Assembly: GCF_963921235.1 (NCBI RefSeq)
Contig: NC_086099.1
Span: 126,294,001-126,358,000, forward strand
DNA from: Mobula hypostoma
Lineage: Eukaryota
Direction: 5' to 3'
Length of the DNA stretch: 64,000 bases
The notes under the pieces are model-generated. The model was not told where the DNA came from. It did not search any database and saw nothing but the letters and a program-made list of their open reading frames with translations. Below, piece after piece: positions 35,109 to 48,870 of this stretch (its first letter is position 1; each line of letters begins with the position of its first letter). The translations under genes and the position numbers were made by a program.

Positions 35109-36457
35109 CGCCAGAATGGTCACTGTTTCCATTTTTTAATACATAATTGTTTTCTCGTTGGCAGTGAGACAGTCCCATGGAAAGTACCCATCTCTGTCCA
35201 AATTCAATGTTGATCCTGTGGAACTTTGCCCAGATCTTCACAGTCTTGACATGTCCCAGGCAAAGAGTGCTTTGAGTCATAGTAGAGTGCACAAAGGAAA
35301 GGCCATTCAGTGGGTAAGGTCTTACAGGTAAAATAAGGAGCCATGGGCCTCATGTGCAAGTGATTTCTCTGGTAACCCTGAAGCAAAATATTAATTGTCC
35401 CACCACACACTGCCACTGAACAACAAGAACAGAACTCTTCAGTTCAGAGAAGGGTGTTTTCACAAACTGGCCTCTCCTGATCCTCATAAACTTCAAATTT
35501 TTCATCCTGCACATTAAGGAATGATTTTCAGCTCAGTTTTAAAATTTAAATTAGCTCAATAGATTGCAGAAATCAAGACCGATTGAAATTGATTTTACTT
35601 CAACTTATTTTCCAGGACATCTACAGCCCTTCTCATTAATTTTCTCTTTCACCCTGAAGTCTTTAAAACTGATTCGTGCTCTTTCGTTTACTTCATTCCT
35701 TTCTCATTCTTTTCAAACCCAAGGTTGTGTTATGGCCTTTGACTTAGCTTCTAACTTTAAAATAGCTCCCTTCCCTGCAGGATCTTTTGGCAACAATAGA
35801 TATTTGAGGAGTTTATGCATCATCTGAAGTCTCAATTACTGTATGGAACTCTAGACCTTTAGTAGCACCAACCAGCTGTATTGTCTGATGGGGACATTCC
35901 ATTTGAGCCAGACATCGCTCAGAAGGAAGTTGCCAGTAATCAGTTGTCTGCAGTAAATACTCTAAGTCTGCAATGTCACATAAGTGCCTTAGAGAACCTA
36001 ATCAAGTTGAGATTCTCCAGCACATGCTAGGGAATCTGCTTCTCTAATCCTACATGATCCAGGCCTGGCATAAGACTGACATAAGCTATATTCCCTGTAC
36101 ATTAAAAAAATTATTTCTGGTGTCTCTACCAGAGTCACTATTGTGTTTAGGGAATAGTTTTTAAATGGTATTCCAGGATGAATATAATAAACTATTGCAC
36201 TGTGCAGTAGAGTTTCATACCACCTCCCCACCCCGCTGCTCAGCCATTGGTTGCTCAATGCCCTCTCCTCAGGTACATGGCTTCCTGCACCAATTAGAAA
36301 GAGAAGGGTTTCCTCATGACCTCATGGTTGATTCCCAGCTCTTGGTACTTACTTGTTGCCCATTATGCCACTGGCACTTAGGGCAGCAATGATGGTCCTC
36401 CACCTCTACTGACTGTACCGTCGTTTGCTGGACATTATCGCCCAGGGTCTTTGAGTG

Positions 36458-36558
36458 AAGCAACACACATCAAAGTTGCTGGTGAACGCAGCAGGCCAGG
36501 TAGCATCCCTAGGAAGAGGTACAATCGACGTTTCAGGCCGAGACCCTTCATCAGGACT
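36458..36558 (-). mobile_element. PLE-derived ~100-bp unit
   Basis: About 90% identical by eye to 1111-1211, with the same endpoints; possible TSD TGAA. Confidence 0.8.
36523..36558 (-). ncRNA. Minimal hammerhead ribozyme motif
   Basis: Minus strand AGTC-CTGATGA-AGG-GTCTCGG-CCT-GAAAC-GTC-GATT; core intact, G-U wobble in stem I. Confidence 0.82.
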
Positions 36559-38883
36559 GAATATGCTTCTTTGCTGGATATTCTGAATGATGTTACTCAC
36601 TGTTTTTGAATGTTTGCTTGCTATTTTGAATGCTTTTCACCTTCGCCCCAGAGGAGCACTGTCAAATTTAGCTGTATATATGGCTGTACCTACAATATGT
36701 AGCTATTGATCTGATTTGAGCTCTGTCAGTTCTTGGCCATTTTCCCTAGTGTGCTCCAGGTGTATTTGAAGATCCTCATTACCACCTCTGTTGTACAGCG
36801 CCAAGTTGTCCTTGAACTCTCCTGTCTCCTCTGCCCTTCAGGGGCCCAAGGAAGTGCTAACTTGATGATGGAGTTGGCCTCTCTTCTCATCAAGTGCCCA
36901 ATCCACCTTCAGTGTTTCCTCATAATGATTGTGGCATGTCCTCTTGATGACATGGAAGGAGTAGGGTGTGGTTGGAGATCTTTCTTGGCCAGAAAATACA
37001 GAGGATCTTCCAGAGGCTCATGGTGTGGAATGACGGCAGCTTGGCAAGGTCGTTCTCTGTCATGTGCTATAGCATTCTGACCTATACAAGAGTGTGGACA
37101 GAACACAATTCTAGTACAGCTTCACCTTGGTGTGGAGACTGTACTTGGTTGATCGTCATATGTTGCTCATTGATCTGAAGACTGTTCTACCTTTGCTGAG
37201 TCTGCAATGGACGTCGTCCTTGGTCCCACCATTCTGCCGAATTTTGCTGCCCAGGTAGGTGAATCTGCCAGTGCTGGGTAAGTCAACGCCATATACCTTG
37301 AGGGGGTGGAGGAAACTCTACGTTGAGGGTCCTGGTCTCAGCCTTCCTCCTGCTGACTCTGTCCAACCCATCCACCAAAGTTACACAGGTGTGGACTTCT
37401 CTCTGGCATGTGCTCGTGTGTATTTGACAGTAATGAGAGGTGATCTGCAAAGCCAAGGTCTTCCAAAGTAGAGAATAAAGTCCTCCCAATTCCTTTTATG
37501 AATAAGTGAAAGTTGCAGCAAGTTTTGGGTTAAAATGTCCAGACAAGGATAGTTTACAGATAATTTGCAGTCAGCCCAAGCAAGCGAAGCCTTGCCTTTG
37601 AAGTGCATAGCTTCTCTCTCACAGCAGGGGACTGGAGACTTTTTGGCAGACCAAGACTAGACAAGGATGCAAATGAATGATTCTAGTGTGAAACTTACTA
37701 TTGGTTAGTTTCTATGCCAATTCTGAAGTATAATTGACCTTTAAAGTGGATATTCTCTTGGCTCTTAATACCTGTATTTTCACAGTGTGATTGGTGATTG
37801 ATGTGCAAGTAAGGAATTTGAACATACACAAGGCTACCAATCGGTCAGTATCTGTATCCGCTGGTTAATTTCTGTACAAAAATGGAATTTCTATGTTGAA
37901 TCCTCTGAACAGTGACAGGGACCATACTGTTCAAGTAAATAAAGTGCAATTGAGGAATGAGTGTGAGTTTTCAGAGTTCATTTAATCAGCGATGACAAAT
38001 TCACCATGTAAAACTGCTGTAGTCCTCAGTTGAAGATACTCCTGCATTGCTGGTTAGGTAACTGCAGGGTTTAATCCAGTAATGATGAAGGACCAGTGTT
38101 ACCTTTCAGAGTCAGAATGATAAGCATCTTGGAGGGGAACCTGTAGATAGTGATGTTCCAAAGTGCTCTCTGCTCCATTTCATTATGAGGTATAGTTCTG
38201 GGTTGTTGGATCGGCTGTCTGAGGAGTTTTGTAGATGTTGCACATTAGATAGGAGAAGGTAAGCAAAATAAGTTCAATTATTTATTTTTGGGTACTTTAA
38301 TGATTCAACTATTCTTCAATTTTAATGGGTTTTTAATTCAGCACTGATCTAAATTTGGTAAATGGCCATGAATATCCAAAGCTATATACATTGCCCAGAA
38401 GGAGGCAATGGCAAACCACTTCTGTGGAAAAATTTGCAAAGAGAAATCATGGTCAAAGACCGTGATCACCCACGTAATATGACACAGCACATAATGAAGA
38501 TGATTCAATATATATCCCAGTTTTTACATAGGACTTAAGGCTCCACCATAAAATAAATGAAAATGCTGGAAATACTCATGAGGTCAGGTGGCAGCTCTGG
38601 AGAAATAAAAGAGAGTTGATGTCCCATATTGATCATCTTTCATCAGAACTAGGAACATTTAGAAAATTGACCTGATTTGAGTCATGGGGCAGGGAAGGGC
38701 TTGGTAGAACCTAAGGATTGTGAGGCACCATCTTTTGAAAGGCTGTCAGAGCATTCTGGGGTAGGGCCTCAGCATTGTAACACTTACGATCTATTTGCCA
38801 TTGATTTCTTGGCCTGGGAGTGTGGGGGTTCGGTTTGATGACATGTGAGGGGCTGGGAGTGCAGGGCAGAAGGGATTCAGCTT

Positions 38884-39045
38884 GACACAAGAGATTCTGC
38901 AGATGCTAGAAATCAAGAGATACCCATACAAAATGCTGGAGGAACTCAGTGGGTCAGGCAGCATCTATGGAGGGAAATAAATGGTCAATGTTTGGGTCCA
39001 AGACCCTTCCTCAGGACTCCCGAGTCCTCCAGCACTTTATGTGGA
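38884..39045 (-). mobile_element. PLE-derived unit with decayed hammerhead and short inverted tail
   Basis: CAAAATGCTGGAGGAACTCA..AGACCCTTCCTCAGGACT followed by inverted GAGTCCTCCAGCAC. Confidence 0.7.
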
Positions 39046-39393
39046 GTTTAGTTTGATTTGGTTTCTTATCGTCTAGTGTTTCAAAAACAAAGAATAGATA
39101 TCCAGTTCAATCATTCAGCCTTTTGATACATTTACATAATACTCGCGATATCTCTGAAACTTCTACTTGTTAAATTATTCCAAACACATGAAGAGTTGTA
39201 ACTAATTAGCTATGGGCTGAGAGTTAGGAAGTGCGATTCTCTCTTTATCTGTTGTACATTTCCATAATATGAATCCTTTTAAATAGATTATTTCTATATA
39301 TAATGTATTACCCACAGAATCTCACAGCTACCTGGACCATACTTCTTCCCACCTTGTTACTTGTTAAGATTCCATCTTCTTCTCTCAGTTCCT

Positions 39394-42300
39394 CTTTCTT
39401 TCTTTTTCAGTCTTTCTTATTGAGTTTCAAATTGATAAACATAACAATGATAATGATACAAAGAGATCGGGATTACATTAATAACAGTTAACGTATACAG
39501 ACACAGACTCCAAGTAACATATTTAGTTTAAACCTCCCAATCTCTTAATAACTGAACATGAACATGGGTAAAAAAAATAGTTTTTACCCCCTACACTAAA
39601 AAAAAACAAAAACTGGGCTGCCAGATTTCATCGGTTAAGATCATTATCTGTCATTAACTCCGCTCCTCTATACACAAACAAAAAGTTATTAAAAAGGATT
39701 CGGAAAAAGTCAGCTTACATCGTATGAAAATATTGAATAAATGGCCTCCAAGTTTCTTCAAATTTAACTGAAGGATCAGTGGTACCACTCCTAATTTTTT
39801 CCAAATTTAAACATGTTGTAGTTTGGGAAAACTATTGAAATGTAGTAGGGGTATTAGAATGTTTCCATTTAAATAAGATGGATCTTCTGGCTATTAATGT
39901 AACAAATGCAATCAAACAGCAAGCTGAAGGGGATAAATGACTAAAGTCTGTCATTGGTAATCCGAAAATTGCAGTAATAGGATGAGGTTGTAAATCAATA
40001 CATAAAACTACTGAAATAATATCAGAAATGTCTTTCCAATATTTTTTCCAAAAGCGGGCAAGAGATCAGAACATATGCGTCAAGGAAGCTACCTCAGAAT
40101 TACATCTGTCACAGACAGGATTTATGTGACCATAAAAACGAGCTAACTTATCCGTAGACATACGGGCCCTATGAACCACCTTAAATTGTATCAAAGCGTG
40201 TCTAGCACACATTGAAGAAGCGTTAACTAGTTGGAGAATTTTCTCCCATTTCTTTATAGGTAAAGATACCTGAAGTTCTCTTTCCCATTCATTCTTAATT
40301 TTATCAGACATACCTAAACGTATTTTCGTAATTAAATCATAAACAATTGCTATTAAACTCATCTGATAGGGGTTTAAACCTAAAAATTTTTCTGTAATTT
40401 CAGTATGATGTGATATCGGAAAAGTAGGTAAAATAACCTTCAAAAGGTTTCTAATCTGTAAATATCTGAAAAAATGTGATCTAGGCAAATTATATTTAAT
40501 AAACAGTTAATAAATAGACAACTGTTCAAAGAACATGAGACAATTATCCATGAATAAATCACAAAAACATATTATTCCCTTCATTTTCCATAAAAGAAAA
40601 GCTTAATCAGTTCTGGATGGTTGGAAGAAAATTTAGATATAATAGGACTTGATAGGACAAATTTATTCAATCCAAAAAATTTACGAAATTAAAACATTAT
40701 TCGTATTCTATGTTTAATTATTGGATTAATTATTTGTTTATTCTGTTTAGTAAGTGCAAAAGTTAGCGGAGCCCCTAAAATAGAAGCCAATGAGAATTCC
40801 TGTACAGACTCACACTTGAGGTTCACCCATCGTGGACATTGAATTTCATCCAAATCTTGTGTCCAGAACATTAGTTATCGAATATTAATTGCCCAAAAAT
40901 AGAATCTAAATTTCGGCAATACTAAACTGCCATCCTTTTTTGATTTCTGTAAATATTTCTTACTTAATCTAGGATTTTTATTCTGCCATGTATATGAAGA
41001 AATTTTAGAATCAATAATATCAAAAAAGGATTTAGAGATGAAGATTGGTACCACCTGAAATAGATACAGAAATTTAGGTAAAGTAATCATCTTAATAACA
41101 TTGATTCGACCAATCAATGATAGGGTCAATGGGGACCATTCAGTAAGCAGTTGTTTAACATGATCAATTAAAGGTAAAAAGTTAACTTTAAATAGATCCT
41201 TATGCTCCTTGGTAATTTTAACACCCAAATAAATAAGATAATCAGTAACCAGGCTAAATGGTGATTGTCTATAGATTGGAACTTGCATATTTAATGGAAA
41301 AAGTTCACTCTTATTAAGTTTCAATTTATAACCAGAAAAACTACTAAACTGAACAAGTAATAATATTACTGCAGGGATGGACTTCTCTGGATTAGAGATA
41401 TATAGCAACAGGTCATCATCTGCATATAATGATACCTTATGCGTCTCATTCCCACGAATAATGCCAAGTATATTGGGTGAATCACGAAGAGCGATTGCCA
41501 AGGGCTCCAAGGCAATATCAAATAGTAAAGGGCTTAAAGGAAAGCTCTGTCTAGTACCTCGAAAAAGCCTAAAAAAGTGGGATCTTTGATTATTAGTAAG
41601 TACATAAGCCAAAGGTATATGATATATCAATTTAATCCAAGATATGAATTTTGGGCTAAAATTAAATTTCTCAAGGATGTTAAATAAATATTCCCATTCG
41701 ACTCTATCAAATGCCTTCTTGGTGTCAAGTGAAATAACACAGTCTGGAGTTTTAGGCGAAGAAGTATATACAATGTTCATCAACCTCCTAACATTAAAAT
41801 ACGAATAATGATTTTTAATAAATCCTGTCTGGTCATCAGAAACAATTTGTGGCAATATGTTTTCCAATCTAATCGCAAATACTTTGGAAAAAAATTTGGA
41901 GTCCACATTTAACAAGGATATAGGTCTATATGATGCACATTCAGTGGGGTCTTTATCATTTTTAGGAATTAAAGAAATAGATGCTTCATAAAAAAGATTA
42001 TGGTAATTTACCTACAAATAAGGCATCCTTAAAAATTTTACATAACCAAGGAGAAAGTAGACTTGAAAAAGATTTTAAAAATTCTACTGTATACCCATCC
42101 AGGCCGGGTGCTTTACCAGAATTCATCAAAGAAATTGTTTTCTTTATTTCTTCTTCCATAATGGGTGCATCTAATGTTAAACATTCAATAAGTGGTAATG
42201 TCAGAATATTCAATTTTCTTAGAAATTCATGCATTACAGTAGAATCATCAGGAAATTCTGATTGGTATAAAGAGGTATAGAATTCTTGAAAAGATTTATC

Positions 42301-42706
42301 AATTTCATCGTGATCAACTGTCAAAGTAACATCCTGTTTACGAACTTTAGCAATCTGACATTGAGCCGAAGCAGCTTTCAATTGGTTGGCCAGTAATTTA
42401 TCCGATTTATCACCATGTATATAAAATTGACTCTTAGGTTTAAGTAATTGATTTTCAACTGGGGATGTTAATAACAAACTGTGTTGCATCTGAAGTTCAA
42501 CTCTCTTTTTGTAAAGCTCCAAATTAGGAGCAACAGAATATTTTTTATCAATTTCTTTAATCTTATCAACCAAAATACGTATTTCATTATTAATTCATTT
42601 TTTCAATCCAGCAGAATATGAAATAATTTGCGCACGGATATATACTTTAAAAGTGTCCCATAATACCCCACTGGGAATTTCTTCCGCAAAATTAGTTGAG
42701 AAGAAT
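39394..42706 (-). mobile_element. L1-clade LINE, 5'-truncated ORF2 (RT plus C-terminal Cys domain), disrupted
   Basis: GKAPGLDGY, DQTGFIK, SLDTKKAFDRVEW, PLSPLLFDIALEPL, SLYADD, LSLIGRINVIKM, CDRC..HMF; A-rich 3' tail. Confidence 0.93.
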
Positions 42707-44715
42707 AGGACTGGAGGATAGGACTGGACCCAGGGTTGAGATTTTTGAGTGGAGAAAGGCTAACTTTGAGGAGATGCGAAAGGACTTAGAAGGAGTGGAT
42801 TGGGACAATTTGTTTTATGGGAACAATGTAATAGAAACATAGAAACATAGAAAATAGGTGCAGGAGTAGGCCATTCGGCCCTTCGAGCCTGCACCGCCAT
42901 TTATTATGATCATGGCTGATCATCCAACTCAGAACCCCGCCCCAGCCTTCCCTCCATACCCCCTGACCCCTGTAGCCACAAGGGCCATATCTAACTCCCT
43001 CTTAAACATAGCCAATGAACTGGCCTCAACAGTTTGCTGTGGCAGAGAATTCCACAGATTCACCACTCTCTGTGTGAAGAAGTTTTTCCTAATCTCGGTC
43101 CTAAAAGGCTTCCCCTCTATCCTCAAACTGTGACCCCTCGTTCTGGACCTCCCCAACATCGGGAACAATCTTCCCGCATCTAGCCTGTCCAATCCCTTTA
43201 GGATCTTATACGTTTCAATCAGATCCCCCCTCAATCTTCTAAATTCCAACGAGTACAAGCCCAGTTCATCCAGTCTTTCTTCATATGAAAGACCTGCCAT
43301 CCCAGGAATCAATCTGGTGAACCTTCTTTGTACTCCCTCTATGGCAAAGATGTCTTTGTAATAGAGAAATGGAGGTCATTTAAAGTTGAAATTTTGAGGG
43401 TACAGAATCTTTATGTTCCTGTTAGGTTGAAAGGAAAGGTTAAAAGTTTGAGAGAGCCATGGTTTTCAAGGGATATTGGAAAATTGGTTCGAAAAGAGAG
43501 GGAGATCTACAATAGATATAGGAAGCATGGCGTAAATGAGGTGCTCGAGGAATATAAAGAATATAAAAAGAATCTTAAGAAAGAGATTAGAAAAGCTCAA
43601 AGAAATGAGGTTGCTTTGGCAAGTAAGGTGAAAATAAATCCAAAGGGTTTCTACCATTATATAAATAGCAAAAAAAAGTGAGGGATAAAATTGGTTCCTT
43701 AGAGAATCAGAGTGGACAGCTATATGTGGAGCCAAAAGAGATGGGGGAGATTTTGAACAGTTTCTTTTCTTCGGTATTCACTAAGGAGAAGGATATTGAA
43801 TTGTATAAGGTAAGGGAAACAAGTAGGGTAGTTATGGAAACTATGATGATTAAAGAAGTACTGGCACTTTTAAGGAATATAAAAGTGGATAAGTCTCCGG
43901 TTCCTTACAGGATATTCCCTAGGACCTTGAGGGAAGTTAGTGTAGAAAAAGCAGGGGCTCTGACAGAAATATTTCAAATGTCATTGGAAATGGGGATGGT
44001 GCTGGGGGATTGGCATATTGCTCATGTGGTACCATTGTGGTGGGTAAATTAATGGAAAGTATTCTTAGAGAAGGTATATATAATTATCTGGATAGACAGG
44101 GTCTCATTAGGAATAGTCTACATGGATTTGTACGTGGAAGGTCATGTTTGACAAATCTTATTGAATTTTTTGAAGAGGTTACTAGGAAAATTGGCGAGGG
44201 TAAAGTGGTGGATATTGTCTATATGGACTTCAATAAGGCCTTTGACAAGGTTCCACACGGAAGGTTAGTTAGGAAAGTTCAATCGTTAGGCATTAATATT
44301 GAAGTAGTAAAGTGGATTCAGCAATGGCTGGATGGGAGACGCCAGAGAGTAGTGGTGGATAACTGCTTGTCAGGTTGGAGGCTAGTGACTAGTGGTGTGC
44401 GTCAGGGATCTGTACTGGGTCCAATGTTGTTTGTCATATACATTAAAGATCTGGATGATGGGGTGGTAAATTGGATTAGTAAGTATGCAGATGATACTAA
44501 GATAGGTGGTGTTGTGGATAATGAAGTAGGTTTTCAAAGCTTGCCGAGAGATTTGGGCCAGTTAGGAGAGTGGGCTGAAAGATGGCAGATGGAATTTAAT
44601 GCTGATAAGTGTGAGGTGCTACACTTTGGTAGGACTAATCAAAATAGGATGTACATGGTAAATGGTAGGGCATTGAGGAATGCAGTAGAACAGAGGGATC
44701 TTGGAATAATGATAT
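42707..44715 (+). mobile_element. CR1 ORF2 fragment (linker plus RT)
   Basis: ORF 44010-44717 HGFVRGRSCLTNLIEFFEE..YMDFNKAFDKVPH..GSVLGP..KYADDTKIGG. Confidence 0.93.
42836..43356 (-). mobile_element. Young CR1 3' fragment nested in a CR1, 9-bp TSD
   Basis: TSD TGTAATAGA at 42827-42835 and 43357-43365; open ORF 42929-43312. Confidence 0.93.
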
Positions 44716-45039
44716 GACGATGGTGCTTGGAACATCAAGGCACGTGTGGAAGTTTGGATATTGTTTGGGTGTGGTCTCTGAGAGGTCTCTGGAAGGTAGA
44801 GGCAGCATGCGATGAGGAAGACTGAAGCATCGAAGCGAGTGCAGAGGGTGAGCACTGTCTGCTCGCCTCTTGATCAGTTGCACTGTGCCAGAGAGGGGAG
44901 AGCCAGCCCCCGTGCCCGAAGAGTGTTGCCCAGGTTTTTTTTTACATCTTGTAAGTGGACTTGGACTATAGACTATTTTTTTCAGTTTTCTAGCTTTTAT
45001 ATTCTGTGTTTTTTTGCCTGATCTTCTCACCCTTTTTTG

Positions 45040-45285
45040 TGCTGGGAGGGGGATATGGGGGTCAACCTGCTTGATCTATTTTGTTAGTTATTTTGTGTGG
45101 GAAGAAGGATTTGGGGATTGATGTGCCTGGTCCATTTTTCTCGTTTCTTCTGTGCGGGAGGAGCGATTTGGGAGACAACGTGCTTAATCTGTTTTGTTCA
45201 ATTCTTGCTCAGGAGGAGCTATCTGGTGGTTGATATGCCTGTTCCGTTTTTGTTCTTTTTTTGTGAGGAGGTAGGATTTTGGGGA
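45040..45285 (+). repeat. Degenerate ~57-bp tandem repeat (about 4 units) within an unclassified repeat at 44716-45330
   Basis: Recurring GGAT(T/A)TGGGG..TG(C/T)CT..TTTTGTT..TGTG.GGAG units. Confidence 0.55.
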
Positions 45286-45334
45286 ACTGGAGCTGCAACA
45301 CAGTGGAGAGCACCTCTGTGGCCAAGCCTCACAA

Positions 45335-48300
45335 CAATAAGTACTCCATTTTGAGTACTACTGAGGGGTCGACCTACCTGGGGGAAGCAACGGCAACCAT
45401 GCTTCAGGCACTGAGTCTAGCCCTGTGGCTCAGAAGAACTGAAGAAGATGGCAACAATAATAGGGGACTCTATAGTTCGGGGGACAGATCGGTGATTCTG
45501 TGGATGTGAAAAAGAAACGTGGATGGTAGTTTGCCTCCCAGGTGCTAGGGTCTGTGATGATTCTGAATGTGTCCACAACATCCTGAAAAGGGAAGGTGAG
45601 CAGCTAAAAATGATGGTACATAGTGGTACCAGTGACATGGGTAGAAAAAAGGAGGAGGTCCTCATAACAGAATACAAGGTGTTAGAAAGGAAGATGAGAA
45701 GCAGGACCTCATGGTAGTAATCTTGGGATTGCTGCCTGTGCCAAGTGAAGTGAGGATAGGAATAGAATGAGGTGGCAGATAAACGCATGGCTGAAGAATT
45801 AGAACAGGGGATAGGGATGGGAACCAGTATAATAAAACAGGATGAGCCAGCAGGTGTACAAGCAGATGATGGATGTAACATGAATGTAAGGATGAATAAG
45901 CCAATGATTGGGTAAAAATGCAGACAAAGCAAAGACTTAAATTGTATCACAGAGGCAAAATTCAAAAGGGTGAAGAATTCAGGATTGAAGGTGCTGTATT
46001 TAAATGTGTGTAACATTCAGAATAATGTGGACAAACTCATGGCGCAATTAGAGATTGGTTGGTAGGACGCCATGGGCATCACTGAGTCGTGGCTGAAAGA
46101 AGGCCATAGCTGGAAGCTTAACATCAAGGGATATACTTTGTACTGAAAGGACAGGCAGGAAGGCATAGTCAGTGATGTGGCTCTGTTGGTAAGAGATGGA
46201 ACTACATCTTTAGAAAGAGGTGACATAGGGTCAGAGAATGTCGAATCTTTGTGGGTAGATTTAAAAAACTACAAGGGTAATAAAAACTATTATGGGAATC
46301 ATATATAGGTCTTCAAATAGCAGCCAAGTTGTGGTGTTGGGATTGCAAAGGGAGCTGGTAAAGGCATGTAATAAGGATAATGTCACAATTGTAATGGAGG
46401 ACTTCAATATGCAAAGGGATGGGAAAATCAGGTTGGTGTTGGACTGCAAAAGAGGGAATTTGTTGAATGCCTACAGGATGGCTTGTTAGAACAGCTGGTG
46501 CTGGAGCCTACTTGGGGAAAGGCTATTCTAGATTGGGTGTTGTGTAATAACCCAGATCTTATTCGGGAGCTTAATGTAAATAAACCTTTAGGAGGCAGTG
46601 ATCATAATATAATTGAATTCATACTGCAGTGTGAGAGGGAGGAGCATCACTCACTTGTATCTGTATCATAATGGAATAAAGGGAATTACAGAGGCATGAG
46701 AGAGGAACTTGCCCAGGTAGATTGGAGGAGGATACTAGTGGGAGATGATGGCAGAGTAGGGTAGGCTGAAGTTTCTGGGAATAGTTCACAGGGCGCAGGA
46801 TAGATATGTCCCACAGAAAAAAAAGTTCTCAAATGGCAGGGCTGAGGAACCGTGGCTGACAAGGGAAGTTAAGGACTGTATAAAAGCCAAGGAAAGGGCA
46901 TATAAGGCAGCAAAATTTAGTGGGAAGTTGGATGATTGGAAATCTTTAAAATCCAACAAAAGGCAACTAAAAAAGCTATAAGATGGGAGAAGATTAAATA
47001 TGAGGGCAAATTAACCAATAATGTAAAGAACAATACCAAAAGTTTTTTCAGTTATATAAGGGGTAAAAGAAAGGTGAGAGTTAATATTGGACCACTGGAA
47101 AATGATGCTGGTGAGGTAGTAATGGGGGTTAAAGAAATGACGGATGAACTTAACAGGTACTTTGCAGCTGTCTTCACTGTGGAAGACACTAGCAGTGTGC
47201 CAGAGGTCCATGAGTGTCAGGGAGCAGGAGTGAGCATTCTTCCTATTACAAAGGAAAAAGTGCAAGGAAAACTCAAAGGCCTTAATGTGGATAAGTCACC
47301 TGGACCAGATCGACTACATCCCAGAGTCCTGAGAGAGGTTGCTGAAGAGATAATGGATGCATTGGTCATGATCTTTCAAGAATCACTTGATTCTAGCATG
47401 GTCCCAGAGGACTGGAAGACTGCAAATGTCACTCCACTCTTTAAGAAGGGGAAGGCAAAAGAAATGAAATTATTAGCCAGTTAGCCTAACGTCACAGTGG
47501 TTGGGAAAGTTTTGGAGACTATTATTAAGGATAAAGTTTCGGGGTTCTTGGAGACTAATGACAAAATAAGTCAAAGTCAGCATGGTTTCTGTAAAGGGAA
47601 ATGTTGCCTGGCAAATCTGCTAGAGTTCTTCGAGGAAGTAACAAGCAGGGTGGACAAAGGAGAGGCAGTGACTGTCACTTACTTGGATCTTCAGAAGGCA
47701 TTTGATAAGGTGCCATACATGAAGCTGCTTAACAAGATAAAGTCCTGTGGTGTTACAGGAAATATACTGGCATAGATAGTGGAATGACTGACAGGCAGGA
47801 GGCCGTGAGTGGGATTAAAAGAGGCCTTTTCTGGTTGGCTGCCAGTAACTACTTGTATTCCTCAGAGGTCAGTATTGGGACCGCTGCTATTCACATTGTT
47901 TGTCAATAATTTGGATAATTGAATTGATGGCTTTGTGGCAAAGTTTGTGCATGACATAAAGATAAGTGGAGGGGTAGGTGGTGCTGAGGAAGCAATGTGA
48001 TTGTAGCAGGACTTAGACAAATTGAAAGAATGGACAAAAAAGGTGGCAGATGGAATACAGTGTTGGAAAATGTATGATAATGATAGTACAAGGAACAATA
48101 GTGCGAACTATTATCTAAATGGAGTGCAGATTCAAACATCAGAGGTGCAGAGAAACTTAGGAGTCCTCGTGCAAGGCTCCCAGAAGATTAATTTACAGGT
48201 TGAGTCTGTGGTAAAGAAGGCAAATGCAACGTTGGCATTCATTTCAAGAGGAGTAGAATATAAAAACAAGATAATGCTGAGCTTTTATAAGACACTAGTC

Positions 48301-48870
48301 AGGCCGCACTTAGAGTATTGTCAACAGTTCTGTTCCCCATACCTCAGAACGGATGAGTTTTCATTGCACAGAGTCCAGAGGAGGTTCACAAGGATGATTC
48401 TGGGAATAAAGGGATAACATATGAAGAACATTTGGCGGCTTTGGGCCTGTACTCACTGGAATTTAGAAGAATGCCATGGGGATCTCATTGAAACCTGCTG
48501 AATGTTAAAAGGACTAGATTGGGTGGATGTGAAGACAATGTTTCCTATGGTAGGGTTATCTAGATCTAGAGGACACAGCTCAAAATTGAGGGGCAACCTT
48601 TTAGAACAGAGGTAAGAAGGAATTTGTTTAGCCAGAGAGTAGTGAATCTGTGGAATGCTCTGCCTTAGACTGTGGTGGAGGCCAAGTGCGTGTGTATATT
48701 TAAGGTGGATGTTGATAGTTTCTTAATCAGTCAGCGCATCAAAGGATATGCTGAGAAGGCAGGTGTATAGGGTTGAATGGGATCTGGGATCAGCCATGGT
48801 GGAATGATGGAGCAGACTCAATGGGCTAAATGGCCTAATTCTTCTCCTATCTCTTATGGTCTTATGGTCT
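45335..48870 (+). mobile_element. Near full-length CR1 LINE (ORF1 SGNH esterase remnant plus ORF2 APE-RT), decayed
   Basis: IIGDSIVRG, VVCLPGARV, HSGTSDMG (ORF1); ITESWL, GSDHNII (APE); SQHGFCKGK, YLDLQKAFDKVP (RT); (CTTATGGT)n tail. Confidence 0.92.

Larger units (their letters stand above)
36346..37470 (-). mobile_element. Degenerate RTE 3' fragment with nested insertions at ~36410-36720
   Basis: Similar to the 3' part of the RTE at 10388-12899; (TACT)n tail on +. Confidence 0.7.
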
